From the human T2T-CHM13v2.0 reference genome, Homo sapiens: a stretch of DNA of 64,000 nt. The position numbers and the translations under genes were made by a program. Each line of letters opens with the position of its first letter. Position 1 is the stretch's first letter. The notes beneath the pieces are model-generated. The model was not told the origin of the DNA and did no database searches. It was given only the letters and a program-made list of their open reading frames with translations. The DNA lies in NCBI RefSeq assembly GCF_009914755.1, contig NC_060944.1, one strand, 5' to 3'. Shown piece after piece: positions 1-17,004 of the stretch.

Positions 1-590
<590 letters not shown>

Positions 591-1529
591 TCTTCCTCCT
601 ATTGATCTGAACTCTAAATGTATAGGTAAATACTTATTTGGTTAGAGACCAAGCTTTGCAAGAGAGAAAAGTCACTATTCCAAGGACCAAGCGCTTAGGC
701 TCATTTGTGCTCCAGGTTGGACTTTTATTTTGAGAAATTGGCCTGCTTTAATCACAGATAATTTGTCTAAGCTATTCCAATTGCGATTGAATAGTCATTT
801 ATGCCATAAGTTGGAATCAGCCAGTGCCTTCAAATGTTGATATCTGTGATGAGTGCAAACAACTTTTTTTTTTTTTTTTAACAATCAGTTTTCATAACAG
901 GGGTGCACACTCAGCCCCTGAGTCACCCGTTGGCTAACAGTTCTCTCTCCCATTTGTGATGGCCATTCACCCATCTGAATTTTTGATAAATATACACTCC
1001 CAAATATCTGTCCTTAATGAGCCTCTATGTTATGCTCTGGCATGTGGGATATTGCCCCATAATCCTGTGGCCCCAGTATAGACAGGTACCCATTTCCTGT
1101 GGCTGCCCACTGAGAGAGTGGTGATTTCCCCATCAGAGGCATCAGCCTTTGACTTGTTTTTCTTGTAGATATGATGCTTCATGCCAAGTCATCCACCAAA
1201 CACCATGCAACGAGGGACAGGGCTGAGTTGTCTAGAGATGCAAAAAGAAAATTTTGTAAGCTGGTTGCATAACCATCGCTCCTTGTTAGCACTAGTACCT
1301 AAGAGGACTGTCTTCCTCTTTCAGCTTTCCAGAGATCTGTGTGCCCTCAGGAAGCAAGTGCAATAGGGATCTATCTCCAAGAATATGGACACTAAACAGG
1401 TACAGGGCCCAGGACCACACAGAAGCCGGGAGAGACACAGGCGTGTCCACTCAATGAGGCATCTGGCATTTCAAGACATAAAGATGAAGAGATGCCAAAA
1501 TAGGGGTTACCCAAATTTATGAAATATAT

Positions 1530-1957
<428 letters not shown>

Positions 1958-2167
1958 TAACCATATTGTCTTAGAATGAACTTGAGGTAACATGATCTGT
2001 GGATGGGTACATAAGTATAAAATTGCCCTATTACGAATGCATCCCTGTGAATTCATGCAATCTTTTTGGAGATGACATTGGAAAGTCAATATGAGGCCAA
2101 GGCCAAATGTCCCCTGGCTCCTCACAGCCAACCCTACTAGAAGGCATTAAGTTAATACAAAATTAAG

Positions 2168-2461
2168 ATTTTTTTTTTTTTTGAGATGGAATCTCACTCT
2201 GTCACCCAGGCTGGAGTGCAGTGGCATGATCTCGGCTCACTGCAACCTGTGCCTCCGGGTTCAAGCGATTCTCCTGCCTCAGCCTCCTGAGTAGCTGGGA
2301 CTACAGGCACACGCTGCTGTGCCTGGCTAATTTTTGTATTTTTAGTAGAGACGGGGTTTCACCATGTTGGTCAGGCTGGTCTCAAACTCCTGACCTTGTG
2401 ATCCACCTGCCTTGACCTCCCAAAGTGCTGGGATTACAGGCATGAGCCACCATGCCCGGCC
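2168..2461 (-). mobile_element. AluS
   Basis: Full dimer, TSD aaaattaagattt on both sides. Confidence 0.93.
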
Positions 2462-3935
2462 AAAAAATTAAGATTTAAAAACATGATTAGGTTGTGTCTT
2501 GTGCTTCCTGCCTCCATAGGCCTGGAAGAGAAGGGCAGTGTGGCGTAATGGAACTAACACTAACTTGATGGGGACCCAAGGGAATGCAATGCTTGCTCTT
2601 GTGGCTTTGCCCCAGCTAGCCATGAGAGCGTGGGGGAAATCACTTACCGTCTTTGGATTTCCCCATCTATAAAGATGTTAAGTGTTGGACGATGGGCTTG
2701 CAAGTTTCTTCTAAAACTTGGTGATCACATCTGTTCCATGTGGACGGTCTAGGTACTAGGGATACAGTGGTGTGAAAAATCACCCTACGCAGATCGTTCC
2801 TGCCTACAGGGAATGAGGTGGGGGGATGAAGACAGAGAGGTGAGAGGATAAGGGGGTGGAGTTTATGGGTATGTTGATAACAAGCAAAAATATGAACTCT
2901 ACAATGTTAGAGGGAGCAAACGCAATGAAGAGCAATGAGCAAGGGAAGGAGCTAGAGAGTGGTCAGGGAAAGCCTGTCTGGCCATCAGTGCTTCCCAACT
3001 GATTGGCTATTTTTTTAGAAAGACATTAATAAAGGATGTGCCATAGAGGGGGTGGAGGACTCAGTGGGCAGAAGAGCCACTGAAGAATCTACTAGATACA
3101 GAAAATGATGGTCATAGGTAATGGTGGTCGTTCATTATTTTTGCATACCGATATCCAATTGTTCAAGTGTCACTTGTTGAAAAGACTACCATTTTCCTAC
3201 GGAGGAAATAATCCAAGTTTTAAAAAGTTCCACTTAGTGGTCATTTCTATGAACAAAATGAATAGTGCTGGATAACAGATGAGACTTACATGATTCAAAG
3301 GCAGTTACGTGAAGCCCTGGGGAAGAGCTTTCCAGGAGAGGCAACGGCAGGTGCACAAGCCCCGAGGTAAGAAAGGGAAATGTCAAGACCAGAAGGCAGG
3401 CTGATACGGAGGAATCTTCCAGAAGAAGTCCAAAGGATGAACTGAGACTGGACTTGAGGCAGGACCTTGTGAGCCCAGGTAAAGATTTAAATTCTACTCT
3501 AAGGAGCAATGGATACCATGGGTTTTGTGTTACATAATCAATTCTACCATATAGCTGCTTCGATGTAACTTACTGGCAAGAGTGAGTGCTTGGCCTGTAT
3601 TTCAGAAATTTCTAGAGTCCTGAGAAACCACTGGGGGTGTGGCTGTGCCATCTGGCAACATCCTGAGAGCCCCCTAATCTGGGAGAATTTATGAAGATGC
3701 TCAGGGATAGATGTACTTCACATTTCGGCTGTTGAACGGCCCTGTATGCAAATAGGAATTGTATTAGAATGAAGAATGAGTTTTGATATATGGGGTGCAT
3801 GCGTGTTTACAATTCTTAATCTTGATGAGTCATGAAGAGTATTTCCACATTTCAATAAGTGAACATTCTGGTTATTGTTTACAGTATTTCTCTGTCCACA
3901 GCTTTTGAAACACCTTTTATTTGAAAATAAATTCA

Positions 3936-4284
<349 letters not shown>

Positions 4285-4732
4285 TTATTTATCTACTGAT
4301 ATCTTAATATCCATCTGCATGATTGTTTATGCAGTCCTGTTAACTGGAACATTCTCACAGCTTTTTTTGTCTGTTATGATATTAGCATTTTCAAAGAATA
4401 CAGCTTCCTCCTGTTTGATAGAATGTTCTCCATTTTCTGTTTGTCTGATGTGTCTTGATTCGGTGTAGGCTATGCATTCTTTGCTGGACTGTGGGGCAAA
4501 GAGGATGTTGTATCCTCCTCAGGATATCACATCTGGAGGCAGGTGGTGTCTATCTGTTCGTCACTGGTGGCATTAAATACCTCCAACGTTGAATCCAATG
4601 TTTGTGGATGAGACAAGGTGGGGGAGGGGAGGAAGAAAGTTGAAAACACAAGATGCCATGACTCAACATTAGTTAAGTTCTTGAGTCATCTGTGTTGCTA
4701 AATTAACCACCAATGCAAAGCACATGTAGGCA

Positions 4733-4760
4733 CGCACACAAGCACACACGCACATGTTAC

Positions 4761-4796
<36 letters not shown>
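4733..4796. repeat. (CA)n microsatellite
   Basis: Pure CA run 4762-4796 with degenerate 5' part. Confidence 0.95.
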
Positions 4797-4797
<1 letters not shown>

Positions 4798-4831
4798 CTC
4801 AGTTCTATGTTGCATTTTTAAAGCTATCACT

Positions 4832-5212
<381 letters not shown>

Positions 5213-5853
5213 TCACATATAATTAGTACTTCCTAATAATTCCTTGGGTCTTACAGGATTTGGTGCTATGGCTAAGAGGTCTGTGGGCACCAGCCAAGCA
5301 AATGCATTAGCTTAGAGCAGTCGTTTTTAGCCCTGGCAGTTCATTAAATTCTCTTGGGTGGATTTAACACCCAGTGCTGTGCAGACCTCACCCCAGATCA
5401 ACTGAATCAGAACTGAACGTGGGCCACAGATGGGAGAGTTTAGAAGCTCTGCAAGAACTTCTGATGTCCTGCCGAGGTACAGAACCATCAGCTGAAAAGT
5501 GTGATTCTGAAGCTTCAGTGATCCCCAAATATTCCTTGCCCTCTGGTCAGGTGCTCCCTTTAATAGCTAACATAGATTGAGTACTTACATGTGTACCAGG
5601 CCACATGTTGTGGGCATCCATAGATTTTTGTATTCACACATTTATTTCCCTTCTTTGTGTAAAATCTCCCTAATTTTCCTTTGGCTAACTACCACACCCA
5701 CTTTCAGCTCGTGGTTTTTAGGGTGCTGACTGTGCACTCTGACTTCAAGGATGAACATTGATTCCCAGCTTGGCAAACTGATTGGTTCATAAATGATCTA
5801 AGTGGTCAAGTGAGACTTGAGCCCAGGACTTTCACTGAAATTATTGGGCAAGA

Positions 5854-6480
<627 letters not shown>

Positions 6481-6975
6481 AATAAATTATTGGCCAACAG
6501 ATGTTTTTATCTTTTCTTGGACTTAACATGGAGAAAAGGGAACCATGAAGTAATCAGAGTTTACTACAGAGAGGGGCCAAGCCAAGAATGAAACCAACAT
6601 AGAAGAAAGCAGAAAGAAAGAAAAAAAGAACAGGGTGGATACGGTTTGAGCCCCCTGGATTTAGCCACGCCTGAAGCTATCAACTCCTGGATCATTAAGT
6701 TATATGAGTCAATAAATTCCTATTTTGCTTAAGTCAGTTTGAGTTGAGGTTTCTGCTATTGCAACTGAAAGGCTCCTGGTTAAAACACATTTAAAACTTT
6801 TAAAAATTTTACAGAAGTCCAGGAAGTAGTTATTGTTAGTATCCTTGTTTTATAGATGCTTTATAGACACTGAGGCTTAGGGAGTTAACAGCTTCAGATG
6901 ATTCCTGTGTATACTTAAATATGAGAATCACTGATAAAGGTACTTGATCTAGCTGCTTCTTAAGGGTGATAACAC

Positions 6976-7672
<697 letters not shown>

Positions 7673-8420
7673 CTAAGCAAAGAAGGTTTAAAATCCCCAC
7701 CCAGACCTAACTGACTAGGGCCATGGAGCATGGGGTGAAATCATGAGGTGCTTGGGTTGGAACCGTGTGGATTGCAGCGTGGCTGCAGTGGTGCCTGCCA
7801 CTTCCTAGGTGTGTGGCTATGAGCACACTGTGAAGACCCTCTGCCACAGGGCTTCCAGGAGCACCGCCTGCAGCGGGCTTCCCACACCTTCACTGAGATG
7901 AACCATCGAAAGCCCTGCCTTGGCACTCAAACCTCCAATTTCAAGATTGGGAAAGACAAGTGTATTTCTGCATGTTGAATTTTCTTTCTTTTTGTTTCCT
8001 CTTTTGGTGGCTTTATGAGGAAGATGGAGGTGGCAATTGCCAAGTGGAGAATAAGAAGAAGTGGAAAAAAATGAAAATAAGAAAGATAATAGGTGGAAGA
8101 GAGTCAGGCAGAGTGAAGGAATCAAAGAGCGGCACAGGACCCTGAGATCCGCCTAGCATCCATTAACAAGTATTCACGGAGCACCGATGTGTCAGGAACT
8201 GTCCTCCGCCCTGGGACCATGCTGGGACATGGACCCAGAATAGTCACATGTCTGTGGAGCTAGTGAGGGAGAGAGATGCCAAATAATTATGGAAAAGGTA
8301 TATCTGCCAAGTAGAGGTAAGTGCCGGGGAGAAAAATAAAACAGGGAGAGTAATGGATGCGTGGGGGATGGGAGGGCACAGCCTTGTAAGGGGTGGGGAG
8401 TGAGCCACCAGGAAGGAGGG

Positions 8421-8773
8421 TATATTAGTCCGTTTTCACGCTGCTGATAAAAACATACCCGAGACTGGGAAGCAAAAAAGGTTTAATTGGACTTACAGTT
8501 CCATGTGGCTGGGGAGGCCTCAGAATCATGGCAGGGGGCAAAAGGCACTTCCTACATGGCGGCGGCAAGAGAAAAATGACGAGGAAGCAAAAGCAGAGAC
8601 CCCTGATAAAAGTATCAGATCTCATGAGACTTATTCACTATCACAAGAATAGCAAGGGAAAGACCGGCTCTCATGATTCAATTACCTCCCCCTGGGTCCC
8701 CCCACAACACATGGGAATTCTGGAAGATACAATTCAAGTTGAGATTTGGTGGGGACACAGCCAAATCGTATCA
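8421..8773 (-). mobile_element. THE1 (THE1C-like) solo LTR inserted in an L2 fragment (~8150-9450)
   Basis: Minus strand begins TGATACGATTTGGCTGTGTCCCCACC and ends GGACTAATATA; 5-bp TSD GAGGG (8416-8420 and 8774-8778). Confidence 0.92.
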
Positions 8774-10168
8774 GAGGGAAAAGCCACAAGGTGGGAACAT
8801 GCTTGGCCAGAAGCTATTGTGGCTGGGGTGAAGAAAACAAGGACGGAGAGGAGTGACAGAGGCCATCAGGCCAGGGCGTGAGTGAGGATCCCAGAAAGAT
8901 AGAGATATGTCAGCGGGTACAAGTCTGGGGGCACTGGAGCGATGCAGGCCTTCACAAATTCCGAAGTGGTAGTGGCCCTTGCAGGTGGCCTTTGTAGGGA
9001 GGGCCTTCAACTCCAGCACACATCCCTGCCCTGGGCTAGCCATCCTTGCTTCAGCTTTGACCAGGGTCCATATCAGCAAGATCATTGTGACCCTGTTAAA
9101 GAATCCAGGTTTTGTTGGAAGGATCATGGGGAGTCCCAAGCAGCATGAGACAATGCGCTTTACATTTTAAAAATGACACTGATGCTTCTCGGAGAACAGA
9201 TTGCAGGGATGAGGGCAAGTGGGCAGCAGAGAATGTGACCAGTCATCTGGATTTACCAGAGATGGAGGGGTTTCCTGGGACATGGGACTTCCAGGGACAA
9301 AACCAGGCACTGGAATGAGCTGATGACCAGAAAGCAGAGAGACCAGAGAGGAGGCTATAGTAGTCTTTGACCAAGAGGTGTGAGTAGCTTAGATTAGGGT
9401 AAGAGCAGGGCTGTGATGACAAGCGGTTGGATTTGAGAGGTATTTTGAAGGAGTGGTAAGAGGAGCTATTGCTTTAAGAAGCAGGCAAGGCAAATCTCAG
9501 CTCCAGGTGGCAGGAAAGCCTTTCAGAAGGAGAGCTCTCACCCTGGGCCTGCAGGCCAGTTGGCTGTGGGACATCAAGTCATTCATCTCCCCAGGTTCCA
9601 GCTCTTTCCTCGGTTGGGGAGGGTGTGGGGGTAATGATGCCAACCTCGCAGTGTTGCCACAGGATTCAGTCACACATCCTGGGATGCCCCTTTGCAGCAG
9701 GTGCTGGCTGATATTATTTCTTAGGAGCCTGCACAAAAATTTAAGAAGGCATTTAGGAAGTTGGTGGAGCAGGAGATATGGATGTTTATAAAATGAGAGC
9801 TGTCTCTCCTTTGGCCAGTGCTGGATCCTCTCTGCTGTTTGTATCTACATGTGAGAGGGAGGTTTGGGGATCTTATGTGCAAGACTGCTTTCTGTGCTCT
9901 CTGTCTCTTATCTCCTGTCCCCAGCTGAGGTAGGAGCCGTCACTCCATCATCCTTGACCCCGTCGAATGGTGCTTGTCTTCTGCCCCAGCCCTTGCCCTC
10001 CTGGCCTGCTGTGTAGTTAGTTCCTGGCATGGAATGGAATCTAAGAATGAAAGACAGGTCGAGCCCTTACAGTTTGCAAGGCTATCTGAGAGGTCTTCGT
10101 GTACCTTGATGATGACGGGGTCCTCTCCACAGCCCCAAGTGAAGTTCAAAGGAAAAAGATAATAACGC

Positions 10169-10828
<660 letters not shown>

Positions 10829-11046
10829 CTATGCCGTAGTTGCATGTTGAGAGGTCCTGTGCCAGGTGCTCAGGTGCCTGTCATTTCATCAGCTACACAC
10901 CCTGGAAGCAGGCCTGACTCAATGGTCCCTGCTTTCCCCATGAAGCAGCAGTGACTCAGAGAGATGACACATTTGCCCACGGTCATTCAGTTTCTCAGCT
11001 AAATGAAGCTTCATTTAGCTTCATTTCTCCTTCTCTTAATCTCCAG

Positions 11047-11500
11047 GTATCTATTTATCTATCCATCCATCCATCCATCTTCCTATCCATCTATTCTCTA
11101 TTGATGTATGTATATATATATATGTATTATGTATCTATGTGTCTATTACCTGTTTATGTTTCTATTACTTATCTATATCTACCCATTTATATGTATGTAT
11201 GTATCTATCTACCATCTATCTATCCATCCTCTACCTATTTTCCATCTATCTATCATCTATGTATGTATTATGTACCTATGTGTCTGTCATCTATGTATCT
11301 ATTACCTATCTATCTTTTTAAAAATTTATTTAATAGAGACGGGGTCCCGTTATGTTGCCCAGGCTGGTCTTGAACTCTGGACTCAAGTGATCCTCCTGCC
11401 TCGGCCCCCCAAAGTGCTGGGATTACAGGCATGAGCCACCATGCCTGGCTGTACCTATCTATCTTTATCTACTCATCTATATATATTGTATGTATCTATC

Positions 11501-11543
<43 letters not shown>

Positions 11544-11640
11544 ATCTATCAATCATCTATGTGTCTTATCTATCATCTATCTTATCTATGTATCTCTATG
11601 ACCTGTCTATCTATGTATCTATCTGTTATCTCTCTGGTTA
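11047..11640. repeat. Degenerate (TATC)n/(TCCA)n/(TATG)n region with a pure (ATCT)10 core at ~11501-11543 and an Alu monomer (FLAM-like, minus) at ~11322-11450
   Basis: Direct reading of tetranucleotide units; single Alu left arm. Confidence 0.9.
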
Positions 11641-11727
11641 TCTGGTCTCCAGTGCCCACCTCCTCCTCCCAGTCTTTTCTCTCACCCTGACTCTGAACTT
11701 CTCCAGGCCTGGTGTTATGTTTTCTGT

Positions 11728-11840
11728 AGCGTGACCTTATAACTAACCATCCCATCGAAGACGCTTGGGGGAGTGAAAGGAGGGGCTATTAATACTTCTG
11801 CAAAAACTGGCGCTGCCCTGAGCACACTGGGATGCCTGGT
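11728..11840 (+). mobile_element. MER94-like hAT-Blackjack fragment
   Basis: gagtgaaaggaggggctattaata matches remembered MER94 core; second copy at ~13722-13830. Confidence 0.55.
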
Positions 11841-12594
11841 GGTGGTGGTGGTTAGGTGTAGATTTCTCCCCATTCCTTAGTGCCTCACAAGGGTGCTGTA
11901 AAACGTTTGTCGAGTGTGTTTTATCAACAGTCTCAGAAGGGGTGGTAAAAAAAAATACTCGTTTGTTTCATACAGAGAGAAATTGCATTACAAAGTGATG
12001 ACTTACAAAATCACCGAAAGGAAATCAATGGTGAGGTGGAGCCAAACCTCTGCTGTAGAATTTCTGGATTCAGATAACACAGAGCTCTCTCCATCAAGCA
12101 TTTGTGTGCAGAAGCTAAGCTCCAGGCCCAGGGAGAGAGCTTGAAGCAAAGACATAATAAAACAGTAACAGCTGCTACCGAAGCTGTGTCATGCAACTTT
12201 GCTTAGCCCTTTACTGTATGGTCTCATTTATTCCTTAAGGAAGGTGAGATTATAATAGAAAAGGAAAATGAATGTGCCGCAGTCACACAAATCACTCACT
12301 ACTACACTGCCACCAGAGCCCAACAGAGTAGCCACAATTGTTTTCTTCCTAAAAGGTGCAATGGAGTAATACTGCACAATTTCCATTTAGATGTCCCTTC
12401 AACACGTTTCCTGGGAATCTTAGAGCAGTTAACACCCATTTAGAAAGGAGCTTTTTCATTTCGTAAATATGTTCAGTGCACCAAAACAGGCAAACAAGAT
12501 AACCCGAACTCTTAACTTGCCTCAGCACCTCACCCCTTAAGATACATAGAAACAAATCAGAAATTATGCTCAATAAGGAATTTGCAAGGCTGAG

Positions 12595-13480
12595 GAGGGG
12601 GAGCTGGAGTCAAATCAGCTGGGTCTTCCGCCCCCTTCAGTAGGAGGGGGAAGATTACTGCAGAGAATGTAACAAGGAGAATAAGAGAGAGGGAGGGAGG
12701 GGGAAGAGAGAGAGAGAGGGAGGGGGGTGGAGAAAGAGAGAGACAGAGAAGGAAAGGAAGAAAGAAAAAGAGAGAGAATAACTGTTGGTAACGGACAGCC
12801 CAAGAAAATTGTAGAAAAGTCCATCTCTGGTACCTACCTGGTGCCACCTTCCCCCCACCCCCGCGTTGTTTATTTATTTATTTATTTTTTCTAGCCACCA
12901 CCATTTTGTTGCCTGGCAGAGGTGTGAGATGCAAGGCTGTTTACAAAGCCCCCAGCAAGAGCAATCCCATCATCAGGAGGTTTGCTTCCCCCCCGGGCCA
13001 GCCCTCTCGCTCTCCATGCCCGTCTTGGCTGCATGCGTTGTACCTAACACATTTAACCCGCGTTTCTTAAGAGTTCTGCAAAATGGTGTCTGCTGGTGTT
13101 TGCAAGGGAAGCTCCCGCTGGGCGTCCCGAGCTGGGTGGGAGCTGAGTGTGCGGTTCCCTAACGAGCTGGCGGCCGGCCTGAGCGGCTCTGATCTCCAAT
13201 TCTGACGGCTTGTCCTTCAGGTGACCTATATTATCTGGCACCTCAGTTGCTGCTCACAAAGAAAAAGTATCACTGGAAGAAAGAAAAAAAAAATCCCAAG
13301 TGATTGTGTACATGCTCTTTATTGAGAATATTAAACTCAGACGCCCTCTGCTGGGCAAGACGGGAAGGGGAGGCTGGGAGTAGGGGAGGGTGGCCGGGAG
13401 GGCTCAGGAGAAGCCGGGGACGGCCTCCTTCCTGTGAGATCTGTGGGCATGATTCAGGGCAAAGGGCGCTCATCAGAGCT
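12595..13480. promoter_or_regulatory. Candidate enhancer or promoter-like element
   Basis: Free of interspersed repeats, locally CpG-enriched (~13010-13210); GC box ccgccc 12628, GA/G-run tract 12684-12778, YY1-like CCATTTT 12901, forkhead TGTTTAC 12938. Confidence 0.5.
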
Positions 13481-13834
13481 GCTTTAGGCAAAGGGAAATA
13501 CAAAACAAAACTGAAACCGCTGACAAGGAAATCATTTAATTGGGGAGAAATGACAACTTCTTCACTTGGATTTTTTTTTTTCCTGTTCCTAAAATTGTTG
13601 CTTTTGATAGGTGAGAGGGAATGGGGTGGGGGAGACTGCTGGACACTGCCAACTTATTCATCAAGACAAAGGGTTTGGGTTTCAGGGAAGTCCTAGCAAA
13701 GAGTGTGGCTCAGCGGGTAGAAGGGTAGCTGAAATACCAGGACATTTTTGAGAGTGAAACAGAGTGCTATGGATGATGATGCGGACACAGCAGGTATAGT
13801 CCAGAGTGTCCCAGGCAAATCTGACTACCTAGTC

Positions 13835-14365
<531 letters not shown>

Positions 14366-16053
14366 AGCTCTGGTCTTACTATTCACAGGAACACACCGTG
14401 ACCCCCATTGACAGCAGCTAAGACCCCAGGAACAGGCTTGTTGCGAGAGGCCCTCCAAACAATTTATTGAATGAATAAAAACTCAGTAATCAAAAGTCAC
14501 AGAGATAGAAATTCACAACACTTCTTGGAGACTTATAGGAGCTTCCAGAAACACAACTTCTCCCAGGGAGAGTCAAGAGAGCAGTGTCATTTCCTATAAA
14601 ATGTCCAAGGCCAATCCCAGGTCCCGGTGTCAGCCCTTGCGTGTGGCACTGGCACCAGCAGCCAGAAAGGTTACTTGTGACTTGTTTTCAGTGCTTTCCT
14701 GGGAGTGTCCTGAAAGCTGGCAGTGTTTCTGCCTCGTCAGAAGAGGCCTCATTCATTTGGGGTTGTACCAGCAACTTAAAAAGTTTTTTTTTTCTTCCCT
14801 CTTCCAGTGTTAATAGATTTTGAAAGAGGCATTTTTGTTTCTAATTACAAATTCCTGGGTGATGTCATTAAGCCCTCAAACACCCGGTGAGGGCGGCACT
14901 GAATGGGGAAAGACAATATGCTAACAAGTTATCTGAGGGTGTCAGAAAGAAATGATGAAAAACAGTACAGTTGGGGGAAATGTTTTCCAGCCTGCTTTCT
15001 GGTTTTAGCGACTGCATGGGAAGAGATAAGACACACATGGCTTTTATAAGGAGCCATCGGGATCTCTAGGGGACATGAGGCAGGAGAAAAGAATTGGGCT
15101 GAAAGCATCCAATCATCACATATTCACGGAGAAAGAGATTACAATATAGCAGAGGAAGCTCTTCCAGGGCTCCTACAGGGACCTTTGGGACAAAGATTCA
15201 GTGGGCTTTGGGACAGCTTGACTTCAACTAGATGGTATTTGAATAATCTGCTGGAGAGAAAACAGATATAGCACACACTGTCACATTTAGCGTTGAAACT
15301 CTCGGTTTGACTATGAGTAATGTTCAGCCATGCCCAAGGGTCAGGCCTACACTCACTCAGAAACAAGTGGGGAATTGAAGCAATTATTCAGATAATCCAT
15401 AGACATAGCTACTGGCCAGTGCTGCACCCCTGATTTAGCCCAGAAACAGTAATGCTATTATAAGCTGTTGGTGATTTGTGGAGCAATCTTGAATTTATTA
15501 AGGAAAGGAGATTATAGAAAAATCCAGAATGCCAATGGGATGCATTCAGGTTGAGTCATGCAGAGTAAGGTGGGAAATGGAGGGCCTCCCACCCCTGCAA
15601 GGAACATCTTGCTTTAGGCCAAAATGGAAATAAAACTTTGGGTTGAAATTTTGCAGATGGTTTGTTTCTCCATATCACTGTTTTTACATGTGTAGTTGAT
15701 AAATTTCATGTTGGATTGTATGTGGATCAAAAGGCAGAAAATGGTAAAATGGCATATTAAGAATTTTGAGATAATATGAATAAAATATTATTTACAGCTG
15801 TTTCTTAATTAGTACCTTCCCATGATTTTGAGTGGACTAGCCAGTGGGAAAAATGTGTTCATTTTCTTCAGTTGTTCAAAACTACTTTGAACAGAATATA
15901 GTTTACCTGCCTATAATGGAAAACCCAGATACCAGCAGCTTAGGCAAGATTTATGTTTCTCATTTACTGCATAATCTAGAGGTAGATAGCTAGAGGCAGA
16001 GGTATAATCCAGAGGTACCTACCTAGAGCTGGGTAGCTGCCTACCTCTACTCT

Positions 16054-16221
16054 ACCCCGTCTCTACTAAAAATACAAAAATTAGCCAGGCATGTGCCTGT
16101 AATCTCAGCTACTCTGGAGTCTGAGGTGGGAGAATCGCTTGAACCCCTGGAGGCGGAGGCTGCAGTGAGCCGAGATCGCGCCACTGCACTCCAGCCTGGG
16201 CGACAGAGCGAGACTCCGTCT

Positions 16222-16261
<40 letters not shown>

Positions 16262-16290
16262 AAAAAAAAGAAAAAAGAAAGAAAGAAAGA
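16054..16290 (+). mobile_element. 5'-truncated Alu with a long poly(A), duplicate of the Alu at 16713
   Basis: Begins at accccgtctctactaaaa; shares a private deletion and 3' flank with the 16713 Alu. Confidence 0.9.
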
Positions 16291-16489
16291 AGGGTGACTC
16301 AATTAGACCCAATTGGGGTAAGCATCACGTAGACTTTACCATTTCAAAGAATCTTTAAAACACGGAAAGTAGTAGTTGATGTGGTGTGGATTTTAAGGCC
16401 AGATTTTTTGACCCTTCTTTGATCGTCACCTAGTCTTCCAGGTAGCAGATGGTCACATCGTCTTCCAGGGAGAAGGGCAGGAGGAATCA

Positions 16490-16640
16490 CTGATGTCTGC
16501 ACTCCTACGTGCAACCCCACCTCCACCTTTAAGGAGCTTTTGGGGAAGCCTCAATCAATGATTCTGACATCTCATTGGCCAGAGGTCTGTTAAATGGCCA
16601 CCCCTAGTTGCAAAGGAGGCTGGGAAATGTAGTTTTAATC
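16490..16640 (-). mobile_element. MLT1J/K-like LTR fragment
   Basis: cattggccaga...atggccacccctagttgcaaaggaggctgggaaatgtagttt. Confidence 0.65.
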
Positions 16641-16712
16641 CCCCGCGACCCCTCCCCTTCGCCCTCACACACCAAGTTGAAATCACGTTATTAATACTAA
16701 GAAGGGAGACTC

Positions 16713-17004
16713 AGCTGGGCGCCGTGGCTCACTCCTGTAATCCCAGCATTTTGGGAGGCCGAGGCAGGCGGGTCACCTGAGGTCAGGAGTTCAAGACCAG
16801 CCTGGCCAACATGGTGAAACCCCATCTCTACTATAACTACAAAAATTAGCTGGGCATGTGCCTGTAATCTCAGCTACTCAGGAGGCTGAGGGAGGGGAAG
16901 AATCGCTTGAACCCGGGAGGCGGAGGTTGCAGTGAGCCAAGACCACACCACTGCACTCCAGTCTGGGCAACAGAGTGAGACTCTGTCTCTAAATAAATAA
17001 ATAA
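16713..17004 (+). mobile_element. AluS
   Basis: Full dimer, TSD aagaagggagac(t/c)c at 16699-16712 and 17004-17017. Confidence 0.93.
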
